Shown here in pieces: positions 62,361 through 64,000 of a stretch of DNA of 64,000 nucleotides (the first letter of the stretch is position 1; each line of letters opens with the position of its first letter). Under the pieces are notes generated by a model, which was given only the letters and a program-made list of their open reading frames with translations, searched no databases and was not told the DNA's origin. Made by a program: the position numbers and the translations under genes. Source of the DNA: Zygnema circumcarinatum SAG 698-1b (taxonomy: Eukaryota > Plantae > Zygnematophyceae); assembly GCA_037447605.1 (NCBI GenBank), contig CM074816.1, forward strand, positions 1,826,525 through 1,890,524, given 5' to 3'.

Positions 62361-64000
62361 ATGGAGGGCGCCCTCTCCCGCTCCGAGCTCGCCTCGCATC
62401 CTCTCCCTGCTTCCATGGATTATTATACATACGTATTCTGTTTCTGTAGGCATGTACTCTGCATCAGTTTAGAGGACGAAAAGCTCAACGAACAAGGAGA
62501 GGAGAAGAGGGAATCAAGTCACGGGCTGGTTCGATGGCTGCCGCTGATGATGGAGCTAGCCTTCAGAATAAGCCGTCATTTAAGAAAATCATCAGCTCGT
62601 TTGGTATGTTTCAGCTCGTTGAGAATTCGAAATATGACAAACTGCAAGAAACTGAAACTAGCAGTTTAGTGATATCAGTGCTCTTTATAGATGTTTGTGT
62701 AGTTCTGCATAACCGTCGGTATGAGAAAACATAATATAATATGTAGAACATCGTCATCAAATAATTGTTTCAATTCATGTTTTTATACACTAAGGGACTT
62801 GTAACAGGACAAAACTTCAAGTACACGTCGCCGAGGCAAATATTGAGGATGCATGCTATCTCTTACTATAAAACAGGAGATACTGGTGTTATGAAATGAA
62901 ATCTTCAACGCATCCCTTCACATGCATGCATGATCCTACTTGAATTCAGTCGGCTTACGATGGACTGACTGAATTCACCCTGAACAAAGGCTGCCCTATT
63001 GTTCTGACCTGCTCTGAGTAACCGTAAAGCAGGTGCTGGAGAAGAAGAGGTTCTATACAGAGGCTATGTCAGCAAAATGAATCGAGCTGGCCGCCCGCAG
63101 CAGCGAATGTTGGTCGTCACCTCATCGGCCGTTTACCTCCTCGAGTCGAATCTCAAGCGTTGCACACACCGCGCAGAACTGAGAGCTGTTGACGGCATTT
63201 TCCTCACCTCCAGCTCGAATCAGCTCATATTATTGATACCCGAGGTTGAAGCGGAAACTGGCACGCAACTTGACTGTAATATCGTTGTATCACTGATTCT
63301 ATGCACGGAAGAGTCTTGCAAAAATGGCACCAGCACTGTTTGCCTATTACACTCGGCGATGTCTCATTGATTGTTAAGAAAACAAAACATGAGCATACAA
63401 AAAGCGGCTTTCCAAAGATGCTTCCTGCCGCATCCAACCTGCAGTGCTTTCAGACGGTGCACAAAAAGCGAAGGGTGCAAAATCTATTTAGTGTTAGGGG
63501 AGAGGGATGAACTGCACTCTTTCACCTCAAACCTTTTCAATAAGCTCCTTTTTACATTACTCCTAACCCCAACCTTATCACACTAAACCCGTCTTACAGG
63601 GGCAGGATCGCGTATTTGTCACGCCAGACGCGCATCTCATCTGTGAAGTTATGTCCAATGCCTACCTGAAGGCTACGAAAACAGCATTGAAAGTGCAAGT
63701 CACGGTATGCCCAATCAAAGTGATATGCTGAATCGAGCTCTGTGATGATCTTTCTCAAGATAACAACTAAAGGGGCTCGGATGCATCGTCTCCTTCCTTT
63801 GATAGTGAAGCATTCCAACTCGTAAGAAAAAGGGAATCGGTTGACACCTCGTTCATGAATTGATTTTAAACGAATTCTGCATTAACTCTTGCCTGATTGA
63901 GCCTACGCGTCTATGCGGTTAACAGATGTGTCTTCACCTAAGAGCATTCTAGCTCAGATAATTTTCAAACATACTAGAAGGTCACTTCTCCTCCTGGATT
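62361..64000 (+). CDS. Myosin tail TH1 (PH-like) domain protein, partial (continues beyond the window)
   Basis: EEVLYRGYVSKMNRAGRPQQRMLVVTSSAVYLLE..LRAVDGIFLTS..LILLIPE|GQDRVFVT..ICEVMSNAY...LKV fits the TH1 consensus. The start exon is tentative. Confidence 0.75.

Overview
This is a gene-dense, intron-rich eukaryotic nuclear window with GT-AG introns, many (GA)n microsatellites and four 10-N gaps. Gene content points to a streptophyte, most likely a charophyte/zygnematophyte alga; this is an inference from plant-type OR23, pTAC18, GT92 and HVA22 genes together with algal-type features. I spliced about 15 protein-coding genes by hand. In order they are: a small single-TM protein (-), a ubiquitin-like/TPR/SGNH-hydrolase protein (-), a cyanobacterial-type DUF218/YdcF protein (+), IES6/INO80C (-), CBP80/ABH1 (+), F-box/kelch OR23 (+), a pTAC18 cupin (+), a GT92 glycosyltransferase (-), a HAD-IIA hydrolase (+), a TPR-DUF4604-like protein (-), a two-helix LHC-like protein resembling half a PsbS (+), an HVA22-like protein (-), a MAN1/Src1-like nuclear-envelope protein with a duplicated TM exon (-), a TruC/RluA pseudouridine synthase (-) with a frameshifted partial tandem copy, and a myosin-TH1 domain gene (+) running off the right end. 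The most notable candidates are the half-PsbS protein, the MAN1-like protein, the UBL-TPR-SGNH enzyme, the DUF218 gene and an animal-like bipartite NLS on CBP80. Family assignments come from motif recognition, not database searches, and some internal exon boundaries are approximate.
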